Assembly (NCBI GenBank): GCA_013239625.1
Contig: MU054400.1
Coordinates: 4,589,802 to 4,653,801, forward strand
Source of the DNA: Lama guanicoe
Taxonomy: Eukaryota
Length of the DNA: 64,000 bases
Reading direction: 5' to 3'
Position numbers and translations under genes: made by a program. The notes below the pieces were generated by a model. It did no database searches, was not told the origin of the DNA, and saw nothing but the letters and a program-made list of their open reading frames with translations. Shown here one piece after another: positions 25,095 through 39,761 of this stretch (the first letter of the stretch is position 1; the number at the start of each line of letters is the position of its first letter).

Positions 25095-27143
25095 AAAAAG
25101 GAGGTCCAAGGTTTTGAAAGAGGAAAGACTATCATTAACGATAATAAGAAAATGAACACGCCCCAAATAAACAAAGATGATTTACGTTATCACCAGTAAG
25201 TCTCCACCGAACACTACAATTATTTCCCTATTCCCCTACTCTCTGACCCAGTGTATCCTTGAACTACCTGTGTCCACCCGGATCTTTGCACACGCTCCCC
25301 GAAGAAAGACACCAATCACATAGTCTTAATAGCTAGTCATCTAGGCATCCATCTGGGAGAGCCTCAGGGAAGGAATGGTGCCTTGATCGTAGTGGTACTC
25401 CAGGGCCAGCTCAAAGCTTGTCACAAAGCAGGTTACAAGGTGAGGAGGAGAGGGCTGGGGAGAGGGGAAAGGTCAATCCTTTCAGCAGGTAAGGGGAAAT
25501 GAAACCCAACGGCAAAGTGGAGGTGCTGGCCATCCTTCATAGTAATTACTGGGAAGTATGGGAAGGCTCAGGCAGACGAGAGAGTGTGAGCTTAAGGGGT
25601 TCCACTTCCTCACCTGAGCATGACGCAAAGAGGGAGGAATGTAAAAGATGTGAAGGGAGTGAAGAAGGTGTGAAGCAGTCGTATTAAATACTGGAAAATA
25701 AAGCCATTAGGGAAGCTTAATAAGGTTGGCACCGAGTGTATAATTGAGGTTTGCCATCATGAAACTAAAGCTAGAACCGGTTTTGTGGTTATGTTCAAAG
25801 CAATGCAGTTATGTGTTATTTTCCCACAATAACTAGCTGCTGGAGTGAAGAAACGGAGGTGGAGAGTCAGGTTCAATCAAGATTTCAGTTTGCCAGACAA
25901 GTAATCCACTGGGGAGAGGGTCTACGAAGCTCATGGCTTGCTCAAGAGGGGACTGGACTATAGACTCTATCGAACCTGAGTAGGAGGAAATGAGAAGATG
26001 ATAAATCTTGGATAGTGAAAATACAGTAGAACCAAAGGACTGGAGTCCTTGCTGAGGTTGAAGAATTGTTGGAGGAGGGTTCTAGATAAGGGGGATAGAA
26101 GGATGGAAGCTGGTGGTCAGAGAACAGGGTCCTGAAGTTGACTTTCAAAGATTTAACTGCATGATTTTCATGAGGATGAGAAGTTCACGGCTTGGCCATG
26201 GTAGTCAACAGCTTATTCGGGATAAGAGAAAATAATGTGAAGGGGTAGAAGAACTGAAATTCTAACGTGAAAGACAGATCATACTCGTGGTTGTGGAAAT
26301 CTCCGAGAACAGAACAGGAAGGTGAGTTTTAAATGAAAGAGTCATTAAATGCCTTTGAGATACGAAGGGCATTAATGCTCTCAACAATTTCACAAGGCAA
26401 GACATTTTTATCCCCATTTTATAGGAAGCGGTACCTTGAACAGTTACATAGTATCATTCGGAGAGCAAGTAACTGAGTTGGAATTTGAACTGAACACTCT
26501 CTCTGGCTCCAATCTTATTGTATTCGTTCTAGGCCCGTGTGCGTCTTCCATTTTTCATTGGTCAGGCTAAGCACGAAGGCATTAAGACATAATCCATGGC
26601 ATTCTTGGCCACTGAATTCTAAGTCCGGAAGAAAATTCAGACTCTAGAAACTCTTAATCTCATTAATCCTAATAGCATTAACTTCTGGACACTACAATCC
26701 CAGTTAGAAACCCAACATAACCGTTCAGAGGAGTAAGTGGGGTTCCAGAAGTACAGATACAAAACTGAGCCGTAGAGCCTTAGAATTGGAGGGGATCTTA
26801 AAAGTATTTTGCCCAACTCGATTTCTGCTTCAAAAACAGACACTCAAAAAAAAGTTCAGCGCCTTGCCTAATATCACAAAGTTAGGTGGTAACATCAAGT
26901 CTAACCAGGTCTCTGCCAACCTGGTGCCTCACACAGACTGAAGTTTTCCCTTCACAGAAACCATGGCTGTAACCCGCTCTAAACTTGTGGTCAGATCTTG
27001 CCAGAGGCAAGAGTCCACTTCCTGATGGGCCCTTTCCCACGACTGGTCTCCTGAGAAACTGGAAGTTCAGGTATCTGCTGCCAAGAAAGAAGTTCGAATC
27101 ATTGAACGTGAAAGTGTGACACATTAGAGGACCAGCCACTCAC

Positions 27144-27282
27144 CAGTTGATGTTTTGAAGGTTGAAAATGCACGGAACTGTCTTGGCATCTTCAGTGAAG
27201 TCAGATTCAGCCACTGGGGTTTTTCCTGTACCTTCCAGCCTTAGGCTTGTGCAGCGGGGAGAAGCAGTGGGGGCGGACTGGC
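27144..27282 (-). other. Candidate internal exon (139 nt) of the minus-strand transcript
   Basis: Acceptor TTCTGATTCATCTCTGCGTCTCTTTTAG|G and strong donor CTG|GTGAGT; unique sequence; one frame open but no recognisable protein. Confidence 0.5.
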
Positions 27283-28889
27283 CTAAAAGAGACGCAGAGA
27301 TGAATCAGAAACGACTTCCTTTTCTAGAAGCTCTTCCTTCAGGAACAGTCGATCAAGGCGTATCAACATTAGTAAACACTGTGTTAAGCATCCTTTGGCT
27401 CAAAGACATCAGCTTTCTGAAATGAAGGCTGTTAAGGCAAGTGGCTGTGTAGGGCCTCATAAATTATGAATTTACCAGTCACGGATGAATACAGATAACC
27501 CTATAATCAGGAGACAGCTGGTAATTATAAGCATCTCTTCTTTTGATTCAATTAACCACCTGAAGAAGCTGGGTTTTGATTTGGATTTGTGTTTGAACGC
27601 TACAGTCGTCTTTAAAACGAGAGGGAAAAAACAATCCCAGAGCATAGTACATCTCTTCCAGACTTACAGTGGAGGAGCTCTTGCCATCATGGTTAAAAAT
27701 CAATGATTTAAAGAAAAATCCCCCACAATGTGTTACGGTTGTTAATAATTGCCATTGATCAACTCAGGAGGGAGGACAGGGCAAAATCCCTTCCATTTCT
27801 GAAATCTGATCTCCCCACAGTTGGAGACAGCCTCCTGCTCTAACCGGTTTGACAGACAGAGAACCGAGGTTGGGAGGCTGCCCAGTGATTTACCTAGCGA
27901 GTAGGCGGCAGACCCAAGGTGGAAACACAGGGCTCCTCATTTTTCAATTTACCTAGTGTTGCCTACAGCACATGGCCCCCGCTGATGTTTAAGAGCAGGG
28001 GAGGGAATTCACGAATACTTCTGTACTCAGTCCTGTGGGCTTCCCTGAGCTCCCTCCCCTACTGACATATCAGACTGAAACAATGTGTTCCTGCATCTCC
28101 ACCCCAACCCAGACAGGTGTTCTAATAAAATCTAGGAAACAGAGTCAGCATCCCAGAAGAAGGGTGTGCCTAGCAGCAGTGACCTTTAAAGAAAGGTCAA
28201 GCAGATTTTTTTCCTAGTTTTTTCAGGAGATTTGAAGCCAAGTTTTCTGATGATTTTTCTAAATATAGTACTGAGAATTTACCACCTGCTTTATTAGATG
28301 GAGTCTTTCAATACTCAGGCTCCAAAGATAAGTATTAATCATGGCCATCATTTACTTGGTGCATTATTTCAGAAAGTACAATCCAGGTATCCATCCACAT
28401 ACCACAGGTGGCATGCAAAGTGATTTTAAGAACCATCTGACGAAGGTTTAATTTAAAGATTATATATGCATTTAAATGTATATTTGAAAACAGAATCAGT
28501 TCATCAACTCCAGACTCTAATGAATATATTCGCTTGGGATGAAGCTAAGTTTTAAAAATAATTTAAATAAAATCGAGTAAAATATTTAAGTAAGTAAGAG
28601 TACAGTCAGTACTCAAGTACGGCTGAAGTTTTGCAAGTAATAATTTGGTGCTGATTATGATGTTCCAGATACTTTGCTAAAGGACTGTGGTTCCTGCTCC
28701 ATCCTTTGCTTCTTCGAAAGGTCAAGTTAATCGTATCTGTGAGTTGGTGAAAATGAACCTGGCTGGGTTTCGTTTTGTTTTCTGAACACTTTCCCCTTTG
28801 AACTAAATCTGCTGGGATTTTGGATTTTGCAGGATTATCGGCAGATGTCTGAAATTCTCCTGCTTAAAACAGTGAGCTCTGGAACTCTA

Positions 28890-29117
28890 TCGGTGGTGCG
28901 ACCGGGGCGGCTCACAGCGCCCATGTGGGCTGCTTATGCGCTTCTCTTCCCAGCTGCATCCACGGGGACCACTTCAGTAGCTTGACATTAGCCAGGGTGA
29001 GAGTATTTACACCACAGATGGAGGCAAATGCTGTAAATCAGGGTCTGGGTTTGGTTGGGTTTTTGGGGGGGTTTTGGGGGGGTTTCCTGGAGAACTGGTT
29101 GCTAAACATTTACCAAA
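28890..29117. mobile_element. Arthur1-like hAT-Tip100 element
   Basis: Same architecture as 17888-18250: 'cggtggtgcg..gagagtatttacacc..ggcaaatgctgtaaatcaggg..actggttgctaaacatttacca..actg'. Confidence 0.65.
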
Positions 29118-32100
29118 ATAAAACTGTATTTAGCCCTATTTTAAAGTCTCCCTGCAACAAATCACTGGGTCCCTGCACAACCAGAAAACATCTCCCAAAA
29201 CATCTGCCATGAATCTGAGAGCAGCAGAGAACGGGACTCTGTAAGGGGCAGGATTTTGGGGATTTTGAAAACTCTTCTTCCAATCAAAACATCTACTTCT
29301 GTTACGTGGCGAAAAGTGGACCATTACATTTTTAAAGAGCTACCTGGATTGTCTATTTTGCAAAGGACACTAGGAAATCAACCTGCTCTCTACCCTTTTA
29401 TGCTGCAGATTACTCTTAAAATACTGTATCTAAGTAGGATCTGATTCATAACAAACAGCAAGCGAATATCGAAAGAGGAAAGAAGTGAGGTTGTCCCAGG
29501 AAGGCAATAAGCCAATAAGCAAGGTGGTGAGGAGGGGGAAGGGAATAACGCTGCTAGGCAACCACCCCGTTAATTCACCTGTATGAATACCAGAGCCCCA
29601 AGTTTTTCTCAGCGTCAACTGGCCCTCTTGCTTCCACCCAATCTCCTTTGATGTTCCAAATAACCTGTCAGAAATTATCTCCAGGGGTCCTGAAAGCTCA
29701 GAGTTCAAGAATCCAGCGGTCAGCCTGACTGGCTCTCTCCTGTAGAGATTAGAACTTCAGAACATGTGTGAGCATTCTACTTCCCTCTTAGATTTATACT
29801 CGCTGCCTCCTACTTCACAAATTGTACAATCTCACGAGTCCAAAGCCTGTGACAGCAGGGCCAGGTAATTCCCGGGTGGGCACTCATCACTGATTTCAAG
29901 CACATACCACTGACTCTTGGCTTACACCTTGGTTGTGGGGACAGCAATCAGATAGCATTGTCTCCAAACTCAGGAAGTCACAGTCCTTACTGGGCTCCAT
30001 CACTGAGGGAACTTAGCACCGGCAGGCCCTCCACACCGCACAACTCCAGGGAATACACGTTACGTTTTGTCGTCTATGTGGTGATGTTGTAGACTGCGCA
30101 CAGATTATCGCACCCTTCACAGAAGAAGCAAGCCAGGCCCTTAGAGAAGATGGCTTCTCCAGGTTGTTTAGCCACTAATAGCTGAAATGGGATTACGCCC
30201 CAGGTCTCTGGGTCATAATCTTTCTCATACACCTTCTTAGTAACAACAGAAAATACTGATGCTGTCTTACTACAGTGACCATTTACTATGTGCCAGGCTC
30301 TGCATATTTAATGATTTACATACATTTTCCCATTCATTAACATGATGGATGAATAAGCTATGGGCCCTGAGGGGGCCCAGGCCTCTAACCTGTTGGCCAA
30401 GTAATAAGAAAGGATTTGGCAGAGTTTTAGAAGGTCTAGATGTGAATGGAGTAGGACTCAATGTTTCTCTTCACTTCAGAGCACGATACAGCCTTCTCGT
30501 AACCACTCTGCCCCTGGAGAGGCAAGGTGACATAACTGATTGCTGACATTGGGCATGCATACCTCTGCCCACTGTTTCTTCTATGCTTCTCCATGCTTTA
30601 AATCTTACCAGGTCAAGATTGTCATGTACAGAGCAGAATACATAGGAACCTAGAGATTGGGCTGATTTTTCAGGGACTGCTCACTGCCAAGAGGCCTTGC
30701 TACCATTTAATTATTTGCTGTACTTGACAGCATAAAAGTAAGCCCTTACCTCACCAAGCAATTCCAGCTGGTACCCTTTTCCCTGTGCCCCAACATCACC
30801 TTCTCATCATGTCCCAGGTCCAACAATGAGACACTGAGAAGGAAAACTAACTGAACACTTGGAGACTAGATTCCAGTCCTTCGAGGTTCTCTCCATGCAT
30901 CCATCTTCACCCACAGAGCTTTTCCAGTTAGGGGTGCATTCATCGGCATGAACTGGAAACTCAACAATTGTGCCTTAAACAGGTAAGGGGTTAGTTTTCT
31001 CATTAAACAAGAAGTCCAGAGGTGATGTGGTGGACTGGGGAAGTCATCAAAGACCTAAGACTCCCTGCCTCAAATTTTTCTCCACCATCCTTTGCTTGAA
31101 GAACTGATCTTATGGTTGCAAGGCAGCATCATGATTGCGTTTAAAAGTGAGATGGGCAATGGATGAAAAGTGCCTGCCTGTGGAGTTTCTTTTTACCTGG
31201 AAGACAACAGCTTTCCAAGAAGCTTTCCCAATGGACTTTCAGATTTGTGCCACATGACTTTTGCTAAGGAGCCTGAGAAATCAAGTGCCTTGGCAGGAAA
31301 ACATGCCGACCTGAAGAAAGCCAGGGTATGTTAGTCAGAAAGGAGAACGTGGCTCTTGGGTGGTGTCCATCCCCAGACCGGAGGCCATCCCTGGAGCCCT
31401 GACCAGCAGTCCTGACCATCTCTGGGTCCTTCTACAGAGGTCAGAGTTCCCTCTCTAGCTGGAGTCCTAGTTATTAAATAACCCTTTGTCTGGTGCTCTT
31501 CTCCGATTCAAGGCTCCTTCAGACAAATAAATCCACCATGTCTTACCTCCCTATTAGCCTTGGATAAAACCCAGAATATAAGTTTCCTGTTAAGCCTAGA
31601 GTCACCTCCACTGTCTTGTGCTCCATCAATGCAAACCCATTCTTTTCGTCCCTCCCCAAATTTTGGGCAGCTCCTTATATCCACAACGCCTTCACTGATT
31701 ATTGCCTCCGCCTCCATGCCCTTCCCTGAGGCTGAGGGTCTCCTATGGCCTTCTCAAGTGAGGGTTCTCCTCATCTGATACCCAGGGAAGTTCAGGGAAC
31801 TTGCAGACAAGTTCTTCCCCACCATTCCAATGAGACGCAAAGTTTTTCCCACTTGGGGCCCATTCTGAGAAGACTGCCTTCTTCAGACCCCCTCGTCCAA
31901 ATCTTCCAATCTTGTTCTTCCCAAACCACCATCCAGTAATCAGAGTAAACTCTTATTACTCAGACAATCTCGCTTTCTAGGAAAGTGGACCAAGAGATAC
32001 ACTGTTCAAAATCCTGCCCCCAGGAGGGTTTCTCTTCCTCACTACCCTCATACTGAAATGCCTTCATCACCCACTTCTGGCAGAAGCTGGCAGGTCTAGA

Positions 32101-33096
32101 AGGAACATCTATGAACAGGATCAAGTTGGGTTTTTTTTAAAAGAAGTCTTCAGTCCCAGGGAGCTCTCCATGTGGTCACAAGTGTGGGCTGAAGGAAGGA
32201 CAGATGAGTGGAAGGAGAAGGCACACTGGGAGTGTGAACCACATGGTCATGAAACTTATCTGCGCCTTCAAAGCCTCCCAGGCCTGCTCCTCTAACTGCT
32301 TCTTACGCCTGATGACTGAGGCCTGACTTCTTGCCGGGGGATTGGGGGGAGCGGTGGTCAGAGAGTATCCAGTTCACAACCATGCATTTAGAGTAAAGCC
32401 CAGTAGCAAATCAGGAGCTGTTTCTTTAAGGAGAATAGTTACTTGCTTATGGGAACACGGCATTCCTCTGTATTCCTTGGGTTCTTTGTTGTGATTCTCC
32501 CATGAGCATCATATATATTCTGGTTTGCCACAGATACTCGAGAAATCATTGCATGTTTTGAGCCAAGAGGAAAATCAAAGCAAGTCGACTGGAGAGTCAT
32601 ATCTTATCCTGGGCTCCACACAAAACTGATAGCTTTGGGGTCCACTTGGTAAACTGGTCCAAACAGAACACCCAATATCCAAAGAGGCTCATTATGCACC
32701 ATGCCTTTTTCTTGGTGGTAAGAGGCATAATATTAAGCAGCATGTGCTTCCTATTGCAAAAGATAATAACCTAATATTTCCCAGAGCGCTGGAACTCCAG
32801 ACACTTTGCATATGTTCTTTTGCAATATCTTTGTTTCATATGCCCTAGGAGAATAACTAAAGAACCTGCTATTCCTATACTCTGTCAGCCTAATGTCATC
32901 AGTGCGGGCATTAGTGGTACATACTTTAGAATGATGATTTGGTAACAGTCTTTATGGATTAGATTGGGGCACAGAGTCAGAGCTGTGCCCCCTTGCAGGG
33001 GCCTCAAGATGGCAAATGTATATGGCTGACCCGTCAGGTGAAAGCAAGATATTTCTGGTGTTCTCCATTTATTGAAAGAGATTAAAAATAGACCAA

Positions 33097-33545
33097 CTAT
33101 ATTCAGCCATAAAAAAGAATGAAATGCCATTTGCAGCAATACAGATGGACCTAGACATTATCGTATTAAGTGAAGTAAGTCAGACCGAGAAAGACAAATA
33201 TCATGATATCACTTGCAGAATCTAAAAAAAATGACACAAATGAACTTTACAAAACAGAAAGACTCACAGACATAGAAAACAAACTTATGGTTATCAAAGG
33301 GGAAGGAGGGAGGGATAAATTACAAGTTGGGGATTTTCACATACAAACTATTCTATATAAAATAGATAAACAACAAGATCCTACTGTGGAGCACGGGGAA
33401 CTATATTCAGTATCTTGCAATAACTTATAATGAAAAAGAATATGAAAAAGAATATATATGTCTATGTATAACTGAATCCCTATGCTGTACACCAGAAACT
33501 AACACAACATTGTTAATCAACTATACTTCAACTGAAAAAATAAAG
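33097..33545 (+). mobile_element. L1 3' end (ORF2 terminus + 3' UTR + A tail)
   Basis: 'tattcagccataaaaaagaatgaaatgccatttgcagcaa..atggacctaga..aacattgttaatcaactatacttcaa'. Confidence 0.95.
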
Positions 33546-36500
33546 AACACCCGCTGAATAGCTGCCCATCAAGTACAGGAGCTTCATAAATTTGCTCCAG
33601 TAATAAAATTCTGTGTGAACGAGCATCCACAATGGAAATGACCACCTAAGTCAATTTATAATTTACCATTATTACACAGGATCAGTCCATTTTTTGCATT
33701 TGCCAAACTGGGAAGCATATCAGAAGGCAATAAGGACATTCATATTCAAATGTTTGATTGTAATATGATTTCTGAAATTCCCCCAGAAATAGAATTTTGC
33801 TTTCTGTGTACTATTCAGTGAATTTAGCCAATTACTCTGATGTGCAAACTACAATGCCTTTCTATATCACTGAGAATTCATTTAATCTTGGCATGTAATA
33901 GTTTTCCCAATAAAAGAGCCACAATTATTTTTTTTGCAGGGGAGAGGGGAAATGCCAGAAGGAACTTGTTAGACATATGCAGTAATACAACACAGTCTTT
34001 CATCAGTGGTTCTCAGCTTCACCTTCATGCAAGAGGCTCTAGATTCTTTGACTGACTTACATCATGGAGTTGGGTAAGAAGTCTTATTTTCTAATATGAT
34101 GGCTTGAGCCAAATTTCTATTTCCTTTCATCCATCGGCTGCTTGTGGATTTCATTTCTAAGGACCCCATAATTTAAAAGCCACAGCCAGGAACTTATACA
34201 TGTCGGATCATCACTTAAATTCTTCACCCCGTGCTTGCCCTGCCGCCTGATGAAATGCCCACGTCCACTCTGGGTCTGCTGTCATCTGAACTCAGGCATT
34301 CTGAGCTGCCTTCCATCACACTGAGATAAAGGAGCCTGCTTTCACTGCAGCATTTTTCATCAGCATTTTTGATCTCTCAAGAATAGATTGTAAAACTATT
34401 TTTTAATATTGTGGTGTTTCTCTCATCAATACAGCGTTCATGGCAAGGGTAGGGGGAGAGTCTTCTCAGCTCTAACTGGAGATGTAATAAGGGGCAGGCG
34501 AGGCATATACACCAAAGATTCAGTTCAGCATCAATTACAATTTTTGAAATTATTGTCCCTGCCTTATTAGACCCTTGTCAGTCATTTCTGCATCATTCTG
34601 GCCCAGAAAGGGACAGCATTTAATCCAAGATTATTTAAGTTAACCCAGAAAATAAGTAGAACCACAGCTGGTTAGCTAATTCTAGCCCAATTTATGCTGA
34701 ATCCCTAGTAAGTACATCTGTATAAATACTCTGAGTCCCATCCCTGGTCAAACAGCCTCAAAATCCATTTCAAAAAAATCCATCTAGTTTCTTAATGATA
34801 CAAATTTATAAACCCTTTCAGATTCTCCTAAACACAACATCTAAATTTTGCACCTCATCTTCCTAACTGTATTGTGTTTAAATCCTGGTGACCTTTAGAG
34901 CATCAATAAGAGATGGGATATGTGGGAAATTATTTCTTCAGAGAATCTGAAAAGCACTTTGAATCTTACCATATCTCTTATTCCAATTACTGGGGTCCCT
35001 GGTCAAAACCCGAATGTTTGGAAGAGACCTGGTCAGACTGTGAAGTAAACTGGTGCATATATTTGTCAGTCTGTGAACTTCATTTTTTAGCTATTTTAGC
35101 CCCACGTCTACAAGCCAAAAGAAAGCTGTAAGTATTCAGTGTTTTTCGAGCACTTTCGGTCATAACCTACATTATTCATATAAAATATATTTTCTGGTAC
35201 ATGTAAGTTCACACATACATACAACTGAATCAAAAATTACATGGAAATATTTCCTATTCCAACTACAAAAAATGTATTTTGCTATTTTCTCTTCTGTAAA
35301 TGTTATCTTTAAGCTCTTGGTCATGACTACACTATAATGGGTTTCAACCACAATCTCATAAAAATTCTGGGTTTCATCCCATGTCTTGAGGTAATCATTT
35401 CAAGTTTTGATACAGCTATGAAAATATTCAATGAGAGACGAAACCATCCTATTCCTGTCCTCCCAAAATTTCTCATTCTCTTAACATTGATTTAATAATG
35501 AATTCTAATAAACCCTATTTCTTTGAGATCTATATTATGCAACCCATTCATTCTCTTTCTTGTCAGTTTTTGTACGATTAGGGGTTCTTTGGATTCAAAT
35601 AACAAAAACGAATTCTGACTAACCCAAGTAAGGAAAAAGAGCTTATTGGGAGCATACTGAGTTAACACAGTCAAAAGAACTTCTTAACAATCAAACGCTG
35701 GAAAAAGTAGGTAAGTTTCAGGAATCTCACCTTCAGAAATGTACAGATTGTCTCCTGAACATTCTCTTCCAGCCACATTTGCTGATGATTCAAGTGATTT
35801 GTAGAAAAGAGAATCTGACTGACCCAGTTTTTTGTGGTGTGCCAAACCCGCCGTGGACATGCTAACAGGGTCTTCTGATGGGCCACCCCATCAGAACCAC
35901 ATGGATCAGGATGAGAAATGCATCCCAAAGGAAGAGATGTTCCCAGACACAAATACAACATGTTCACTCTGGTAAATCGTGTAATCAGGATAGCCACTCA
36001 TTTTAGAAGTAGCGTTCCAGGAAAAGTCTGGTTCGGCACACTGCAGAATCCCTCTCCAGCAACTCAGACGGATGTGCCGCATTCTCAGAGCAGGGACGAC
36101 TCAGTGACAGAACTCTGTGATTTGGGCACTGATGGAGAACTCCAGATATTCCATGTGCCAAGAGGCACTGCTTCCCTGGTCAGGCTAATGGGAGTTGGGG
36201 CGGGTGGCATTCTCAAATAACCCCTTGATTATATTTGAGATGAGGCTGAAACATTTTTTAAAAACTCTCACATTAATCAGAAATGTCTAAAAACAGTAGT
36301 TCTCAACACAGAATGCCCCCGGTATGAACTGCGTTGCCTTTTCAAAACACACATGATCATCATACAACCTCAGAGATTATGACGGAGCCCAGACACGTGT
36401 GTTTTGGACAGAGAGGTATTTCTCAAGCACATCTAGGGTTAAAATGCACTGACTGGGAAATCATAGCAACCCGAAGCCTGGAGATGAGGAGGCATTGTTT

Positions 36501-36859
36501 GACTAAGCTCTGGAAAAGTCACAGAAATGGGGAGGCAAGGCAGCACATCCTGGAGACCAGGAGGAGGAAGTGACATACAGTGGGGTTTTCTGTGTGTAAA
36601 GTATATTTGCCGAATCATTTTTCTTCTCCCCTCATCTTATCTTGATGTTGCCACAATTACCTGAAACTCTGCCATTAAGAGTTCACTTCTGAAGGAACCT
36701 TGTATATTAAGCTCTACTAATATATTAGAAAAAAATTCTAGGAAGAGGGCTGGGAATCAGAGACAGGGCAGGAAGCATTTAATATAGAATAAAGAGAGAC
36801 ATGAATGTAAAAGGGTTGGGGGTGGTGTGTGGTAGAGTCCACTAGGTGCCAATGCAATG

Positions 36860-37315
36860 TATTGACTGTCCCTTCTCCCTCACTAACAGAACTGTAGGCT
36901 AGCCCAGTTCAAAGGCTACATTTCCCAGGCTTCCCTACTGCTGGGAGTGGCCAATGAGATGTGAACAGAGGTGGCGTGGCACTCCCACGCGCCTTCATAA
37001 AGGGGACTGACTCAGCTGAGAGGTGTCCCCTCCACTCTTCCCCTTCTCCTTCTCGATTCACAGTGAACTCAGATGTAGTGGCTGAAGCTCCAGATGCCAT
37101 CTGGCACCACGAGGCATCTGAGTATGGAGGATGCTTGCTGCAATGGTGGAGCAGGACTGACGGAGCCTGGCTCCCTGATCACATGCACTTCAACTGTCTG
37201 AGCTCAGCCTTGGACCGCCTGCCTCCAGAACTTTCTTACAGAAAGGAGAAACAAGCCTCTAGTTTATTAGGTTGCATACCAGGGTCTTCGGTTATATGCA
37301 GCCACATTAATCCTA
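36860..37315 (+). mobile_element. Old LTR (MLT1/ERVL-type) remnant
   Basis: 'ctacatttcccaggcttccc..tggccaatgagatgtgaacagagg..gccatctggcaccacgagg..ggagcctggctccctgat'. Confidence 0.65.
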
Positions 37316-37387
37316 GAGGAGAATCCATGCACTGAGAGGCCATTTTCAGGAAGCCTTTCAAAAGGAGTGCTCTGAAATGTCTTAATG

Positions 37388-37452
37388 TATACATGTGTGT
37401 GTGTATACACATATATACATACACACATACACACACACACACATATATATAC
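37388..37452. repeat. Mixed (TG)/(TA)/(CA) microsatellite
   Basis: tgtgtgtgtgtatacacatatatacatacacacatacacacacacac. Confidence 0.9.
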
Positions 37453-39152
37453 AAATTAACTGCCATCAGGTGGAAAGTAAAAGAATCCTATGCCCCCTTT
37501 TTTGGTCATATCCATCCACAAGCTGTGTCTGTTTGCAGGCAGTCCTGCAAGCTTCACCCCAGCAGGCATCCCACCCCTTTTGGATGCTTCCCTCCCATCT
37601 CACTAGTCATTCCCTATCCATCCTCACCCTCCTTGTCTCTCAGGCCTGATGCTCTTTAGGTTGCTCCTTAGGTTGTCCCAGGTGAGGCTGTGCTCTTGTG
37701 GGCCATCCTTCTCCATCCCAGCCCCACTACTAAGGCTGCTTTGTGAGAGCTCCTGTGCAGCCCAGCACCCTCGCTGAGGGAGGTGCCTCCCACCTGCCCC
37801 ACGCAAAACCCAGACAACATTCAGCAAGAAGTTAGCGTGGTAACAGACGACGAGTCACCGATGAGAGCTGACTTCTTCTCTTAAAAAGCTTAGAGCTGAA
37901 ATTAAATTCTATAAATGAAGATCTTGGAGTAAAAACTTAGTATTTTGGAGATTGTGTTTAGTTGTGTTACATGTGTTTAGATATCTTTCCCAAGGTCACA
38001 TCCTATAAGAGGCAGTTAAGAAACTGTCCGAGAGAGATGGAGGTTGGGTACCATAAAGCTGAGTTATTCATGACTGACAGATTGAGTTGCTAGTAACTGT
38101 AAGTCCCAGTTACTGACCTAGCAGCCAGCAGAGTCAAGAGACAGGCTTTTCTGGCTACACAGGGAGCAGATATTCCTGTAAATGGGCTGGGTGGCCGCTG
38201 GAGTGGCAGGCATGGACATGTGGTCCCTTGGGTAGTGGGCTTCTGCACTCCCCCTCCCCCCTCCTGTCCCCATCTCTGACACCCTGGGAGGGCCTCTTTC
38301 TGGTGTGCCTGACAATTCTGTTTCCACAGCTGGGTCTTATTTGCATTTTTCATTGTCCATCAGATGCATTTATTAGCAGGACTCTGCATATCCAAATCCC
38401 ATACTGTTCCGTGGTCTCCGTGTTACGCCAAATTGGCTTCCCAGGAGAAACACATTCCCACCAAACACACATGTACACCTCCCTGCTTGGCTCTCAAAGC
38501 CTGTTTGAATCTCCTGATATATTTCTGCATCCCCACCTCAGGTCTCTACCTCTGCTCATACATACATTAAGGCCCCCATGTTTTGGACATAGATTCTCTC
38601 CCCCACGCCAACATCTTTCCTGACTAATAATAATATACTAATAATATAGGTAATAATGGTGGTACCTAGCACAGAGCACCTGCTATGTGCCAGGCATAGT
38701 GCAAGGTGCTCGACATGCATTATGCCATTGACCCCTTCTAAATAATGTATTAGAGGCGAATACAATTACCCTCCCTTTTTGCATCGAAGAAAGACCAGAG
38801 CATTACATATGTCCAAGGTAATAAAGAGTACAGCCAGGACAGGACACTGAGGCTGACCCCAGAGCTCATGGTCATGGCCGCTGCGCCCTTCTAAGGTAAT
38901 GTCATGAGCCTAATGGCCACGCGTCGGTGCCAGAGTCCCAGGTCCAAATTCTGACACCACCATTTACAAGTTAAATTTTGAAAACAGTGTTGGCATCTAG
39001 TAAATGGCCAATTCTTATCAGCTATCATTCTTGTTGCTTCCAAAGTTCTTCCATTACTGTCTCCTCGTGGGAGCAAAAGATTCCTTTTGGCTGCAAGAGA
39101 CTGACATCACCTCTTAAAGACAACAAATAAATTAAAAGGATAAATGATAAAT

Positions 39153-39450
39153 AAAAAGACTCACAGACATAAAAAACAAATTTATGGTTACCAGTGGGGA
39201 AAGGGGGTGAGAAGGGATAAATCGGGATTTCGAGATTGCAGATACTAACTACTATATATCAAATAGATAAACAGCAAGTTTCTTCTGTACAGCACAGGGA
39301 ACTATACTCAGTATCTTGAAGTAACCTCCAATGAAAAAGAATATGAGAAGGAATATATGTATATTTATCTATGACCAAAACATTATGCTGTGCACCAAAA
39401 ATTGACACAACACTGTAAGCTGACTATACTTCAATTAAAAAAAAAAAAGA
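39153..39450 (+). mobile_element. Lineage-specific L1 3' UTR with poly(A)
   Basis: 'agactcacagacat..aaatttatggttaccagtgggg..ttgacacaacactgtaagctgactatacttcaattaaaaaaaa'. Confidence 0.95.
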
Positions 39451-39761
39451 AAGCCAGAAATTACCGGAAAAAAAAAAAGATAAAGAAGAAAGGAAGAAAA
39501 GAAAGAAAAAAACAAAGGAAACTCCAAAAGAAAAGTGACACAAATGAAGTAAGTCCTTGGGAGAAGAATCTTTTTTTTCAAACCTTGACGGAATTTAACC
39601 TCCACAAACTGTAGTTGTTTCAGAAGATTTTTTTTTTCTTTTTTTGCTATATACAGAATTCAAAGAATTGATTTAACAGGAATTTGAGTTCCACTTAACA
39701 ACTCCACACTGGTAATAGCATGTTCTGCAGACACCATGCCATTGGGTAAAGGAGCACCGCT

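Noticed and set aside
36838..36852. CTCF-like CCACTAGGTGCCA (also AGAGGCGC near 52417)
   Set aside because: Both miss a core G of the consensus.
39450..39545. Extra A-rich blocks after the L1 tail, possibly a short transduction
   Set aside because: No clear TSD could be defined; may be simple-sequence decay of the tail.
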